NCBI GenBank assembly: GCA_951406725.2
Contig: OX597827.1
Coordinates: forward strand, 15,872,001 to 15,936,000
DNA from: Octopus vulgaris
Lineage: Eukaryota
Reading direction: 5' to 3'
DNA: 64,000 nt
This document shows positions 38,928 to 52,145 of this stretch, one piece after another. The notes under the pieces are model-generated. The model was given only the letters and a program-made list of their open reading frames with translations, searched no databases and was not told the DNA's origin. A program made the position numbers and the translations under genes. The first letter of the stretch is position 1. Each line of letters opens with the position of its first letter.

Positions 38928-39317
38928 TACTCTTTTACTTGTTTCAGTCATTTGACTGCGGCCATGCTGGAGCACCGCCTTTAATCGAGCAACTCGACCC
39001 CGGGACTTATTCTTTTGTAAGCCCAGGACTTATTCTATCGGTCTCTTTTGCCGAATCGCTAAGTTACGGGGACCAGCATTGGTTGTCAAGCAATGCTAGG
39101 GGGACAAACACAGACACACAAACACACACATGCATATATATATATACATATATACGACGGGCTTCTTTCAGTTTCCGTCTACCAAATCCACTCACAAGGC
39201 TTTGGTTGGCCCGATGCTATAGTAGAAGAAACTTGCCCAACGTGCCACGCAGTGGGACTGAACCCAGAACCATGTGGTTGGTAAACAAGCTACTTACCAC
39301 ACAGCCACTCCTGCGCC
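38928..39317 (-). mobile_element. SINE family B in the FAM98 intron
   Basis: Reverse-complement match to 4689-5092. Confidence 0.8.
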
Positions 39318-39497
39318 TATAATAGTTGACAAAAGTGAGAATTCTTCATAGTTGCTAAAATTTGATTTATCTCCTTTCTCGTAGAGAGTATGTTACATTA
39401 CCGCAGTCAGCTGTAGCTCTTCTCGTGCCTAAATTAGCATAAACAGTGCATGAAGCTTTGCTGTTGATGCTTCGTTTCCCCATTTATATATCTCAGC

Positions 39498-40087
39498 TAA
39501 GGCGGCGTGGTGGCAGAAACATTAGCATGCCAGGCGAAATGCGTAGCCGTATTTCGTCTGCCGTTACGTTCTGAGTTCAAATTCCGCCGAGGTCGACTTT
39601 GCCTTTCATCCTTTCGGGGTCGATAAACTAAGTACCAGTTACGCACTGGGAGTCAATATAATCGACTTAATCTGTTTGTCTCCTCTGTGTTTAGCCCCTT
39701 GTGGTTAGTAAAGAAATAGGTATTTCGCCTGTCGCTACGTTCTGAGTTCAAATTCCACTGAGGTCGACTTTGCCTGTCATCCTTTCGGGGTCGATAAACT
39801 AAGTACCAGTTACGCACTGGGAGTCAATATAATCAACTCAATCCGTTTGTCTGTCCTTGTTTGTCTCCTCTGTGTTTAGCCCCTTGTGGGTAGTAAAGAA
39901 ATAAATATTTCGTCTGCCGCTATGTTCTGGGTTCAAATTCCGCCGAGGTCGACTTTGCTTTCATCCTTTCGGGGTCAATAAACTAAGTACCAGTTACGCA
40001 CTGGGAGTCGATATAATCGACTTAATCCGTTTGTCTGTCCTTGTTTGTCTCCTCTGTATTTAGCCCCTTGTGGGTAGTAAAGAAATA
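39498..40087 (+). mobile_element. SINE family A trimer in the FAM98 intron
   Basis: One head and two headless units; TATATCTCAGC(TAA) duplicated on both flanks. Confidence 0.85.
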
Positions 40088-41563
40088 TATATATATCTCA
40101 GCTAAAATTCCATTGGGTCTTGACTGCTTTGTCTACTTTCTGCATAACTAGGTGATGCAACTAAGCAATATCATCCAGGGATATTTCATTTGTTGCACAG
40201 ACATGGCCTAGCAAACCTCTGAAATGTTCTCAGTTCTTGGCAGCTGCCTATTCCGTTACAAGTTTCATACCATCTCCGGACCCGAGGGTTTGTTGTACAA
40301 AGATTGCTCTGAGCAAAGCTGAAGAAATCTCTTACGCGTTCTTTCTCTTGAACCCTAGGACCCAGTTATCTAGTTTTTATAGTGTGTAAGTGAACGAGAT
40401 CACAACATTCTCATGAACAGATTGCCAGTTTGGTGCAGGATTCAGAGCCAGTATCTGGTTAGTCACCTATCATAGAACACAGATGTTGATAAAGAGACCC
40501 AATATTTGGTCATCTGAGAATATGAGTATACAAAGACCATGACTAAGGTAACTAAATTTTTGGGGTACTTGTTGTACCCACTCTCCTGTATGGCTTTGAA
40601 ACTTAGATAAGTATTTGACTGATGCTTTATTTTATTAACTCTGAAAGTATGAAAGGAAAAGTTGACTTTGGTAGGATTTGAACCCTGAGTGTAAATAACT
40701 GAAAGAAATGCCACTAAGCATAATGTCCAGCGTGCTAATGATTCTGCCAGCTCACTGCCTTATGCATGCAACCAGCTTTTAAGTAGTTAGGCCCGACACC
40801 AATTGTTCTTCATTGCACATTTGTTTCTGGATTGCAGTGCCTGCCTCATCATTCTTGTCATTTCATTGGGTATGAAAAGCTTTCTTTCTGTTGCTCAGCT
40901 ACTTTATTTAGGTGCTGTTCTTGTCAAACCAGTCTTGGTATTTTCTTACTGTTAAAAACCAAGAACTGACAAGAGGCAGAGATGCAATATGTAGAGAATA
41001 CAAATATTCTTTACTACTCACAAGGGGCTAAACACAGAGGGGACAAACGGATCAAGTCATTTACATTGACCCCAGTGTGTAACTGGTACTTTATTTATCG
41101 ACCCCGAAAGGATGAAAGGCAAAGTCGACCATGGCAGAATTTGAACTCAAAACGTAATGCAATAGGTAGAGAATACAAGTGTACACATTCAGGTTGTGCT
41201 GATATGAATACAATTCTATACGGTTTCAATATAAGTCTGTAAACTATACACAGTTTGCCAATAAGCTATTGATAAGAGTTACAGCAGTTGACCACCAGTA
41301 TCAAGCCATCTCTTTAATCTAGTACACAGATACTGAGCCTAGAAAGAGAACCTCAACATAGCCACTCAACTTGCAAGAAATAAGCATCCAAATTAGCATG
41401 CCTATGTGGCTAAGTTTTTCAACCACATGGTTTCAGGTTCAGTCCCACAGCATGGCACCTTGGACAAGTGTCATTCAGTATAGTCCTAGACCAAACAAAG
41501 CCTTGTGAGAGGATTTGATAGATGGAAACTGAAAGGAGCCTGATGTGTATGTGAGTGTGTGTG

Positions 41564-41597
<34 letters not shown>

Positions 41598-43480
41598 TGT
41601 ATGTGTGATATGTCTCTCCTTGTGATTGTTGTAAATGAATGTCATTAATTTCCAATATTCAGTGACATGTCTGATCACATTACCTTATTTGGTAAACAGA
41701 TATGGGTTAGTGAGAGGAAGGGCATCTAGCCATTAAAAATTTGCCTCAATAAACTGTCTGACCTATAAAAGCATAGAAAAGTGGACATCAAAATGATGAT
41801 GATGATGTTGAGCAATGGGAGTGATGCCATGTGGTGTCTGCTCCAACTTTTTGCATTTTGATAGCAATGTATGCGTACTGGTCCTAAGGCCTCAGTACGG
41901 GTAGAGATGGAAGACTCATGCATGGGAATCTTCCATATCATTTAATCTCCATGTTCCATGCCAGCAGGTGCTGGATGCTTTGATAGGATCCAATGGGCCC
42001 AAGGACGACATTGTGCACCAGTGTCAGCTTTGGCATATTTCTACAGCTGGAGGCCTTTCCTAATGCCCATCACTTCACAGCATGTACAAGGTGCTTTGTA
42101 CGTGTCATCAGTACTAGTGAGGCCATTATGTAGTTTGCAAGCTACAAACTCTGGGGAGGGAGGAGATGTCATGTTAGGAGGGGCAAAAGATGGGTAAAAG
42201 TATAATGGCCCAGAGCAGAACAGGTTTAAAAAATCTTACCCAGGGCTGTGTATACAGAGGAAGATAAATAGCTGACCATGACTGATAAAGGCCTTTGGAT
42301 TTGACTGATATTTTATTGGCAGGGTGATAGGCTAAAGTTGAACATAATGCTTGGTCCCTTGTTCTACCAATATCACAAGAAGCAGAAGACCATTCATTTT
42401 GGAGATAGAGCATAATTAATTTGTGCCCAGTATTTAATTAACATTTTCAACATTATGACTTTGAAAGCTACTAATACCTAGATGGCTGGTGAGGAAGTTG
42501 GGCACGACAGAGTTGTTGCTTTCTGCAGGTATAGTAATGATTGCTAGAGTTTACACCCTAGCCTAGGGGAAAGCAATACTAAAAGAAAATTCGTTTGGGG
42601 TTCACATAGTCATTTGCTTGAAGAAACCTAGGTGACACCAATATCACTAAATTGAAACCGACCCCAACACTTGACTGATACTTTATTTTATTGACTGTTT
42701 TGTTCAATATCCTTTCTTCTATTGATAATTCATAGGGTAGGGTGGGTGGGATAGTTTTTTTTTTTTGTAGTTGCTTCCATGAAAAAATGATGGGGTTCCA
42801 CAAGATAAGGAGTCTTAATAAAATTTAATAAAAAAATAAAAACAAGGGATTCACTATTTCAAAGTAATATTTACAGCATTTTCTTTCCTTTTTTTTTTAT
42901 AGATACGATCTTTCTCTCTAAAACAATTTGTTTCATTTAATATCTTAAATTTAGGATGGAGGGGGACTGTCCTTAAAATACAGGAACGAACTTGAGATAT
43001 CATATAAGGGTTACATAACGAAATAAGTTTGGGGAACAGCTGTAGTGGGGGTGGGTTAAATGTAATGGTATCGTCGACTGACTTCATCTTCAGTGCCATC
43101 AGCAAATAACTGGTACGTGGGTTTAACGAACTCCTGCTGTATTTCAAAATTATTTTTGCTGTTCTTCACTTGCCCCAGTGATTGATAAAGATATTGCTCT
43201 TGAAGTACTTAAATGGGCTGAGATTTATGAAACAGTATTTTGGGATATGTGTTTGAACGTGTGAGATACCTACAGATGTTCATTTATACAAGAATTGTTC
43301 ATGCTTTTCAAATCAGCATCAAATTGGTTAACAAACTAAAAAAAAAAATATATATATTTCGCTACACACAGACACATGTAACTCTATATACAGGGTGACT
43401 TGGATGTTCCTTGAACATTTTGGATTAAACTATTAATGTGCTGAAGGGACTTTGGAATCGTGTGAACATATATGTATATA

Positions 43481-43482
<2 letters not shown>

Positions 43483-43534
<52 letters not shown>
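43483..43534. repeat. (GA)n microsatellite, i.e. (CU)n just downstream of the FAM98 donor
   Basis: Direct inspection. Confidence 0.95.
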
Positions 43535-43536
<2 letters not shown>

Positions 43537-43542
43537 ACGAAC

Positions 43543-44686
43543 CTCCACCTTGATTCCAGTTGCCACTCATCTGTTGTGGTTGCTGTTGTTTCTGGTCATT
43601 CCAGTTGCCCTGGATCCGGCCACCTCTACCGCCACCGCGGTCACTCTGGTAGTTCCCACCGCCACCGCCTCCACGTCCTCCTCCGCCGCCGCCGCCACCC
43701 TGGTTAGCGTTCCTCTGCTGGAATGCCGGCATTTCGGGTGGCGGTGGTTCGTGCTCCCAAGCCCTGCCACCGCGATCGGGAACCTGCCCGATCCGGATTT
43801 TGTTGATGGCACACTGGGTTTTTTCACGCGCTTCGCCGCTGCTCGTCTTCTGGATCTGTAACAGACCATCTCTGGCAGCGAGTATCTGACAGATGCCAAT
43901 GTTAGATTTCGATGTTAACTTTTTGATCTGGGCCTCATACACGGCCCGAATCTGTTTTTCGTTTAACCTCGCCTTGTCCGACCACATAAACGATTGAATA
44001 GTAACATCCAGTCGTTTCAACAACATCTCTCGCCGGGTGTTGTACTCCGCCGACAGTGAATTGTTAACGTTTAAAATATGGGCCCACTGTTTGTCGGACA
44101 ATCTTGTCTTCATCAGAGATTTGCCCAGCTGGTTCGGATTTTTGCTCATCATTTCTTTAATCTTAGCTTCGACTTTGGAAAACAGCTGACTCGCTGTTAT
44201 ACTCGCCGGCGGTTTGGCAAAACCGAGAGCAATCAGCATGCTCTTGAGGAAAGCAGCTATTTCAGACTCACTGCTAACTTCTTGGTTGCTCTTAACAGAC
44301 ACCAAAGCTATAGGCTTATTCACAGCGAGCATCATGGAACTTGCTAATTCCATGGTTAAATAGTCGAGTAGTTGCAGACGTGAAGTCTTAGTGTTTAGTC
44401 GATCGTTGATAGTTCCACCGGTCAAACTATTCACAGGACATTCGATCTCGCGAAGGAATGAGCTCAGTTCGAGCATGAACGTATCGCTATCACTAGATTC
44501 TGTGATGGGGTTTACATGTTCCTCCATGATTAGGAAGTCTTTCAGTTTGAGTGAAAGCCATGATACTATCTGAGTAAAGAGCGGCGACCGTTGTCCGTCT
44601 TCCAAAGCCTTGTCAAACTCTTCTCCTTCAATCTGGTCAACTGGATAGCCCAAGTCTTCAAGAACGTCCAGCATATCGCATTCCAT
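43543..44686 (-). CDS. FAM98A: FAM98A/B family protein, first coding exon (whole FAM98 domain)
   Basis: ATG at 44686 gives MECDMLDVLEDLGY...FMLELSSFLREIECP...RLQLLDYLTMEL...EYNTRREMLLKRLDVTIQSFMWSDKA...KTSSG...CAINKIRIGQVPDRGGRAWEHEPPPPEMPAFQQR, which are hallmark FAM98 motifs. An acceptor (ttttgcAG) lies just upstream near 44723-44726. The donor G|GTTCGT is at 43542. Confidence 0.92.
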
Positions 44687-45479
44687 AGCGAGATTTTCAA
44701 AGCCGTGGATGGGCGATGCTGCTGCAAAACAAAGAAAAAGGTAGAAAACAAGATGTAAATGGATAAATCGTTTAGAAAGGAAACAGGCAAGATTTAGCGA
44801 AATCAAATGAGAAATTAATGCAGCAAAACAAAGAAAAAACACTAGGATAATCACCTAAAAAAAGGGACAGTCAATATGTCGAAAGTGCAGGTTCACCAAA
44901 GTTTTACAACGACGTGTGGCAGGAAAACGTTGCCGATAAGAGTTACTTCCCTTTGCCGGCTAATATATATGTGCGTGCAATGTAACGTTTCGTACAAGTT
45001 CGGCTTTTCCCGTCGATTAGGGAGGTGGAGCAGAGAGCAAATGAAAGTATTACAGTATTTAAGTTTCTCATCCCCCAAATCCCTTATGATTTTTAATTTG
45101 AAAAATTCACCGGGGTCTGATTTTTTTTTTTCCTTCTTCTATTTTAAATTAACACAAGGATGTTGAAAATAAGTTGAAAACTATTAATACTGTTACACAT
45201 CTACATCTACAAATACTTATTCTTGTCCATGCTGCATTAACCGCGTGGTATTATTAAAAAAAAAAAACCGGAAACTTTTTTTTTTTTTTTGAAGCTGAAA
45301 AAAAAAAAAACTTTTTCAAGTTTTTTTTTTTGAAAGTATTTTAAGTCTTCCGTTTATATATATATATATATACAGAAATAAAAGGTTTCAAAATTTTATT
45401 TATAATAATAATAACACAGAGGAAAAAAAAAAGAGAGAAACGACGGGAGTAATTAAAGATAATAATATCCTTATGTTAA

Positions 45480-45785
45480 CAACCTGGCGTGAATCACGTT
45501 TTAGTGCTAATACAGCACCACCGTCACCTCCGCCGCCGCCACCTCCGTCTCCACCACCACGACGATTCTTGCTCTGATCATTTGGCACCGCGTACATATT
45601 GTCGCGCATGCGCCATTGATAATGTGTAGGAGCCATCTTGGATCCTTTTTTTTCAGCTGGAGTCGTGTGTCGTCGTGTTGAGGTGCCTCCGACACTCTCT
45701 CGCACACGCACACATATATATATATTTGTATTGCATATTTTGTTGCAGCCGTCGCCGCAGCAACGTGTTCTAAAGAAAAGCAACC
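45480..45785. promoter_or_regulatory. CpG-rich bidirectional promoter / 5' UTR region shared by FAM98 and eIF3a
   Basis: Local CpG enrichment between divergent ATGs 1.1 kb apart. NRF1-type palindrome GCGCATGCGC at 45604-45613, YY1-type GCCATCTTG at 45632-45640, and a pyrimidine run CCTTTTTTTTC from 45644. Confidence 0.7.
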
Positions 45786-45834
45786 ATGCCGACTTATTTC
45801 CTAAGACCCGAGAATGCCCTCAACCGGGCTAACG
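45786..45834 (+). CDS. EIF3A: Eukaryotic translation initiation factor 3 subunit A, coding exon 1
   Basis: accATG gives MPTYFLRPENALNRAN, matching the conserved eIF3a N-terminus; donor G|GTATGT. Confidence 0.95.
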
Positions 45835-47217
45835 GTATGTTATCCCATTCACCCATAACTCACATTTTTCTCCTCCATATATCATCAGGTTATATATATA
45901 TATATGTATATATATATATGTGTGTAGTCTGCGATTGGGTTCTTCGTCATCGCTCTGCCTTACTGTATTTAGGAATCGAACTAATTTTTCTGTAACAAAT
46001 CCTCTTTTGTCTGTCAAAATTAATAACCATGTGACTGACACACACACATATATATGGTACTAGTAGCGTAGACTGGACCCGGTTTGTTCATCGTATTACC
46101 GAAGACGATGCTTTAAATTCATGTATGTGTGTGTGTCTGTGTGTAACAACATTCCTGGCAGATCTGCCACTTAATTGCCTGCGAGTCTAATCTAATTCTT
46201 TGACTGCAGTAATACGACCTCATTGGGGGGGGGGGGGTAAAAAAAAAAAACCCTCTTAGTATATATATCTTACGGGGGATTATAAAAGCCATTGTGTGAT
46301 TTCCCAGTAATTTCTTTCTCGGCTAGGCTATTAAATCACCAGTATTTCTGTGTGTGTGTCTGAGTATACCTGACAAAAGTTTCAATTTATTTACTGAAAA
46401 AAATTCCCAGAGACCGACGACGAACGGATACAATCAAACACGCAGAAGCGCCGCTTTGAGTGGGAATCATCTTGTCTTGCTTGTCTCGCCACCGCTTTTC
46501 GGCTTTCAACATTTCGTTCGAATCGGCTTCCAAAAATATCCCTACTGACCCCCTTTTTATTCATTTTTATTACTATTTCTTATGGATCATCGCTTCTTCC
46601 CTTTAAATTCCGTTCAAACGTCGATCTAAAATGCTTTTTTCCTCCCCTCCCAATCGAGGTTTCTGCGTAACGCTGAAACCTCTGGAAGCACGTTGCTTCC
46701 ATGCTCGACTCGACCTGTTGGTATGGCTGCTTCTTCCTCGTGGCTGAAATACTCTCGAACTCTTCTCTTAAAATATCTCTAATCGCATCTAACCCAATTT
46801 ATATTTTTTTAGGCTTAAAAAGCACCAAAAGTACTCCCCCAAAATATCTACAAGCAACAATGATATTACTACTTGTTTTAATCGGTATCTTTTTAAAATA
46901 ATTAATCTAAGAAATCGAGGTTATATCATGAGATATAACCGTGTATAATAGAATAGACTCCGTCGTCATTGACTTTTTTTTTTTTGACTAATTATCCGGG
47001 TACATGGTTTCATAAATCCTTCTAATTTCTTTATTCGTAGAGTTAAATAATAGCAGTAATGTTCGTTTTGACTTGCTTGACATATAAAACACGTAAAATG
47101 AAATTGTATGAAGCCGATCCTAATCCGTTCCATTATTCCCGGCTACAACATCCATATGGCGGGAGTCTTCGCTTCGAATTAGGGCTCAAAAGTGTGTGTG
47201 TGTGTGTCACACTCTCT

Positions 47218-47253
<36 letters not shown>

Positions 47254-49214
47254 GTTTATAAAACCTGATGACTTTTTTCGTTTTATGATTTGTGCTTATT
47301 CCGCCCCCCCCCACTCGCATTAAATGCTTTATTTAAATATCTAACATTGTCCATGTTTCTTTATGTGTGCCTGAATATACACACATAGTATACGAACTGT
47401 GACGTGGTTATTATATCTGACAATTTAAGAAATTCCCGTATGACCCTTTCTTTGCTTTTTGGTGATTGTACATTTTGTCGATGTTTAATATTTTAGAAAT
47501 CGGATTTTATAAAAAATACAAACTTGAAATTCAGAAAAACCCTCTCTACTTTTGTCTCATCGCCCACTGATCGCCTCGCCTGGTCAATCATCTGGAATTC
47601 CTTCTCTCGCAGACTTATTTTCTACAGACGTTGGAGGGGAATACGAACCTCATCGGTCTGTGAAGGTCATGAGTTTCGGCCACCACTTCTCACTCAGCTG
47701 TAAAAATAAAAATAAAAGCCATTAATGTTATATTAACATACGTAAACGTTGTATGTTCTGATACACCACAGTTAGTTACTAATAAAACTCCTGGTTGTAT
47801 GGTATGCCCTCTTTCATTCAGTTCATTATATGCCAGCATAGGAGGGTATGATGTGAGCGGAATGCAATTTGGCTGCTATTTCTAGCAGGTCGGGCGATCA
47901 CGCTCCCTCATTGGCTCGAGGCATGGCTTTATATCAATCAAGTTAAGCCACTGGTGAAAATTTTACCAATATTTCTAAGGCTATATGCTGTGTAGACTGA
48001 AGCATTTCTACTAACGATAGAAGACTTAGAAAAAAATAGTAAAACAAAGTTTGTGGTGTCAGCAGATAAGCCTGAGAAAAGTTTAATAGATAACTGGTAA
48101 AATTGAAAAGAAAGGTGGTCATCTAATGAAATATATATTTGCATATTCAACTATGTGTCCTTTGATCTTCATAGTTAATTAACAGGAAGATTTTTTTTGC
48201 TTTCAGTGTGATTGTAATTTTATATGATTTGACAATTACACATGGAATTGTCAGTTTGTTACAAAATTTAGTTTTGCCATATGGTAATGAGAGCTGTTGT
48301 TTGATCAGCTGGAAATTAAACTTCACTATCTGTTATATAATTATTTCTTTCCACCTCAAACAATTTCATTTAGTTGACTGTGTCCTGAGATTGGAAACAA
48401 AAAGTTTGATTTTGTTTGGAAATAGTTTGGTATTTATAGAGACAGAAAAGTACTGTAGACAAAAGGGAATTTAGATGTCACATCAAAGAGCATTTTAAAT
48501 AACCCTGTAGAAAATTTCTAAGTTTGCATTTGAATGATTTTTGGTGCAGGGTTTCCTAAACAAGAAATGAAGTATGACCAACTAAATAATTACTATTTCT
48601 AACCAAGCTGGATCTTTAACCCTTTAGTGTTCAGATTATTCAATCAAGCATAATGCCTATTGATTCCCATTGATTTGAATTAATCATGTATTATCTCATA
48701 TCTCCAAGATCTTGATGGTGTAATTACTTAATGTAGAATAACATTGTAGGGTAGGTGTGAGAGCCTAGATCTAGTCAGTTTGAACATAAAACAGATTAAA
48801 TATTTTGGCCGGATTAACTATTTTGGTTAATGTTCTCTCAGCTAGTTGTAAATCCCAAATTATTCTAAAGTGAGAACTTTATATGTGCGTGTACCATCAT
48901 CATCGTCAAATGATCATACACTCATAATTTATACATCTTCAAAACGATTTGTGTTTTACAACCAGCAAAGCGAGCATTAAGAATTCAGCTTAATTGAAAT
49001 AGTGATTACTTGTCATATTTTCATTTCCTCAGTCAAAAGTGATTTAAATGGAAACTAGATACTGCTTTATGATGGAACACATATAAATTCCCTTTGTGTT
49101 TTTATAGATACCAATTTCCAATATAAATCAGAATTCTTATTCCCAGCCCCTGGGCATTGTCAACCAAATGCAAGTGTTTCTGTGTATGTATATACATATA
49201 TATATATATATATA

Positions 49215-49430
49215 GGGAGAGTTTACGAAAAAAACAAAAGACGAAGGCAGGTGGTGCACAAAACAAACAGATGTATTAGTATAACGCTCAGGAATAGAAA
49301 GTCTTTTACGTTTCGAGCCTACGCTCTTCTACAGAAGGGGACACAGAAAAAACAAGGAGAGAAAAGAATGTGTGTAGTGGCTAACGATCAATCGTGGCGA
49401 CTAGTGCCGGACAGAAGGGTCACAAAGAGA
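49215..49430 (-). mobile_element. Penelope-like terminal fragment with a variant hammerhead (49303-49338)
   Basis: Minus strand CCUU-CUGUAGAA-GAGC(GUAG)GCUC-GAAA-CG-UA-AAAG; flanked by TA/CA microsatellite. Confidence 0.65.
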
Positions 49431-50398
49431 TGTGTACATGTACACACACATATATATATATATATTGAGTATGCACTACACTTTAGCTTTTGCCCTTCTC
49501 AACCATTTCTTGCTCTTCTACTGTCACTGTCCTCTCTTATTTCTTTCCTCAGTCTACATGCTTTAGATTAGAGTCCCTCTACGTTTAATGTGTGCAAAGC
49601 ACTCCACTTTCCCCTTAGTGAATGGTGAGTGAGGTAACTTCTCTAATGCTGGTGCCATGAAAAGGTGCACCCTGTACGCATGGTAAAGTGACTGGCAATG
49701 AGCAGAGAATGCTAAAGGTTGTTCAGTTGTTTTAGTTCTTCCTTGTTGAGAATTATTCAACCTCTGATATTGGTGCCACAAGAAAATGCATCCAGTGCAC
49801 TTTGCAGTGGTTGGCAGTAGGAATGGCATTCAGCTACAGAAACAATGTATGAGCACATGTCTACGAGAATAGTGGCTTCTAATTAGAAATCACTTTAACC
49901 ATGGCAACCTGTCTACTCATGCCAGCATGTAAAATGATGATACATAATTGTGTGTGTATATGTATGTATGTATATGTGTGTGTGTGTGTAAATAAAAGTA
50001 TACAGTATTATGGATCCACATAAGCTCAGTTTTGCACTGAGTATTAAGTTACCGGATGTTAAATAACAGGGCAGTTACCCAACACCCCGTGTTCTTCAGA
50101 GATGGCAGGTATGGAAAAAATATGGCAACAGCTCTGTTGTTGGTGAAGTTTCGCATCCAGTTTGCTGGTACTTTGAAAAAAGATAACCAAAATCACAGGA
50201 GACAACTGTGCAAGATTTATCAAGAGATCCTTCAGTTCAGTTATCTTCTGCAATTTTGTGTCCCCCCCCCCCCAGCACCCACAAACTGTATGTAACATTT
50301 TTCACCTCCAATAACAGAGTAGTTACTATATATTATTTTCCACCTGCCATCTCCTAAAAGTACATGGTGTTGGTATAACAGCTGAAATGGCTCTATAA

Positions 50399-50599
50399 CA
50401 GTGGTTTTCAACCAGGGTTCTGCCAGTACAGTCCAGGGGTTCCGCAAGAAGTTACAAAACTGCTAAAATCGGCAGTAATTTATAATTCTCCTGTGCAGAT
50501 ATGTGTGCATAAGACTATTAAATTATTGCACAGGGGTTCCTCGAGCCAGTGGAATGTTTCCTTGGGGTTCCGCTCCAGCAAAAAGTTTGAAAAGCACTG
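50399..50599. mobile_element. hAT-type MITE
   Basis: TIRs CAGTGGTTTTCAACC / GTTTGAAAAGCACTG with an exact 8-bp TSD CTCTATAA. Confidence 0.88.
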
Positions 50600-50693
50600 C
50601 TCTATAATATATTCTTTAACATACTCACTCTATGTGAGTGCCTTTTTTTTTCTGATTTATGGATTCTTAGATGATATATATATATATATATAT

Positions 50694-50790
50694 TCCCTCT
50701 CTGTTTATTTTCTCATGTTCCTTTCCGTTGAAGAGCATAGGCTCGAAACGTAAAAGACTTTCTCACCTTCCCAAGCGTTAAACTAATACA
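50694..50790 (+). mobile_element. Penelope-like terminal fragment with a variant hammerhead (50721-50756)
   Basis: CUUU-CCGUUGAA-GAGC(AUAG)GCUC-GAAA-CG-UA-AAAG; follows (TA)n. Confidence 0.62.
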
Positions 50791-52145
50791 CTTGACTGGG
50801 ACAACAATTTTTAACATAGTCCACCTAGTTGAACAAGCCAATAAACCAAAGAATTAAGTCTCAATTAACTCCAAGGTTATTAATAAATCTGATTCTGTAA
50901 ATGTATACTGTCCCACCATCTATAAATTAACATCAAATACTACTAATCGTTATCATAATTTGATGTCTATCTGCTTCACTGGTTTGGCTCGGACAGTTCC
51001 ACATAATCTAATGAGCTAGAGGACTACATTAAAAGGAACTGGTCTTGTAGTAAAGAGGCAAGATGGCTTTGTGCTGGGAGTTGAGAAGGTAAAATAGGAT
51101 TGCTCCTGCTGTAGAGGAAATACATGGTTACAGTATATTATATAAGCATGGGTGGGAATAGGTGGAATGAGATAAAAATAGTGGTGATAAGGTGTGTAGG
51201 ATATACTCTCAAGGTACAAGAAGGTGAGTGTAACAGAATACTGGAAGGGTGAGTGGGTAACGGTATGGGAAGAGTGACATGTGGTTAGAGATGGGGATAT
51301 GAGTGATAGTAGTGAATGGTGATTGAGGTTTAAAGTGTGGTCAGTGTTAAATATCAGATTGATGGTGGGGTGGAGGATAGCAGTATAATAAAATTGTCTG
51401 TAGATGGGAAAATAGGAGAGGGAGTGATAGAAATGGAGGCTTAACAGTTGCAGCCGTGGAAGTCAGAGATATGTAGGGGTGGGCGTGAGTGGTAGACAAA
51501 AGTAGTGGGGTGTCTGTGGCAGGAATGAGAGGGTGTTGAGAATGATAGCAGACATGGATGGGTTTTAGGGATGAGGTATGGCAGTTGTGAGCTGTAGCTC
51601 AGGGGAAAGGGAAGGGTCAGCAGAGGAAGGGGTGATCAGCAGAAAATTAAGAGGCAAGGAATGATTATTGAGTGCCAGACCAATATTAAAAGGAAGCAGT
51701 TTCAAGGAGAAAAATAGCTGGTTGCACAAAAAGATGAAGTATGGGCAGTACTGATGTGTCAGGAAGATGAAAAGGGTGCAGGGATAGGGCCCAGTTTGTA
51801 TAGAAATAAACAATGTTTTCAGGACCATATTGTGTATATATATACACACACACACATGCAGATATACATGCTGATATAATTCTAAGAATGTAAGGAATGA
51901 AAAAGGGTAAATAAAGACTACATATGTTTCTTAGCTAAACTTGATGTGTTACATAACTTGCAACACATACAAAACCTGTTTAGCTACTCCTTAGTTCAGA
52001 TTACTTTCGAGTTTATATTATTGCATGGAGAAGAGTGAATGAGTCAGTTCAAGTATTATCTGCTATAGGAGTCAATATGTTGCATAGGGTGGGTTGATTT
52101 GACAGTCTACTCTGAGTTTCACTTATATATGTGTGTGTGTGTATG

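Larger units (their letters stand above)
38316..40612. repeat. 162-bp inverted repeat pair (38316-38477 / 40451-40612), probable long-TIR DNA element
   Basis: Arms are reverse complements with only a few substitutions; the interior carries SINE insertions. Confidence 0.75.

Noticed and set aside
44687-44854. Hydrophobic N-terminal extension of the 473-aa ORF (signal-peptide-like)
   Set aside because: It starts at a non-ATG codon in T-rich intronic acceptor sequence; FAM98 homology begins at MECD (44686).
47620-47690. Hairpin in eIF3a intron 1 as an H/ACA snoRNA or hammerhead
   Set aside because: No H box or ACA in the right positions and no valid cleavage triplet.
51020-51830. Purine-rich tract (similar character at 15550-16370) as a gene
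   Set aside because: No credible ORF or splice structure; probably an ancient retroelement remnant that cannot be classified by eye.
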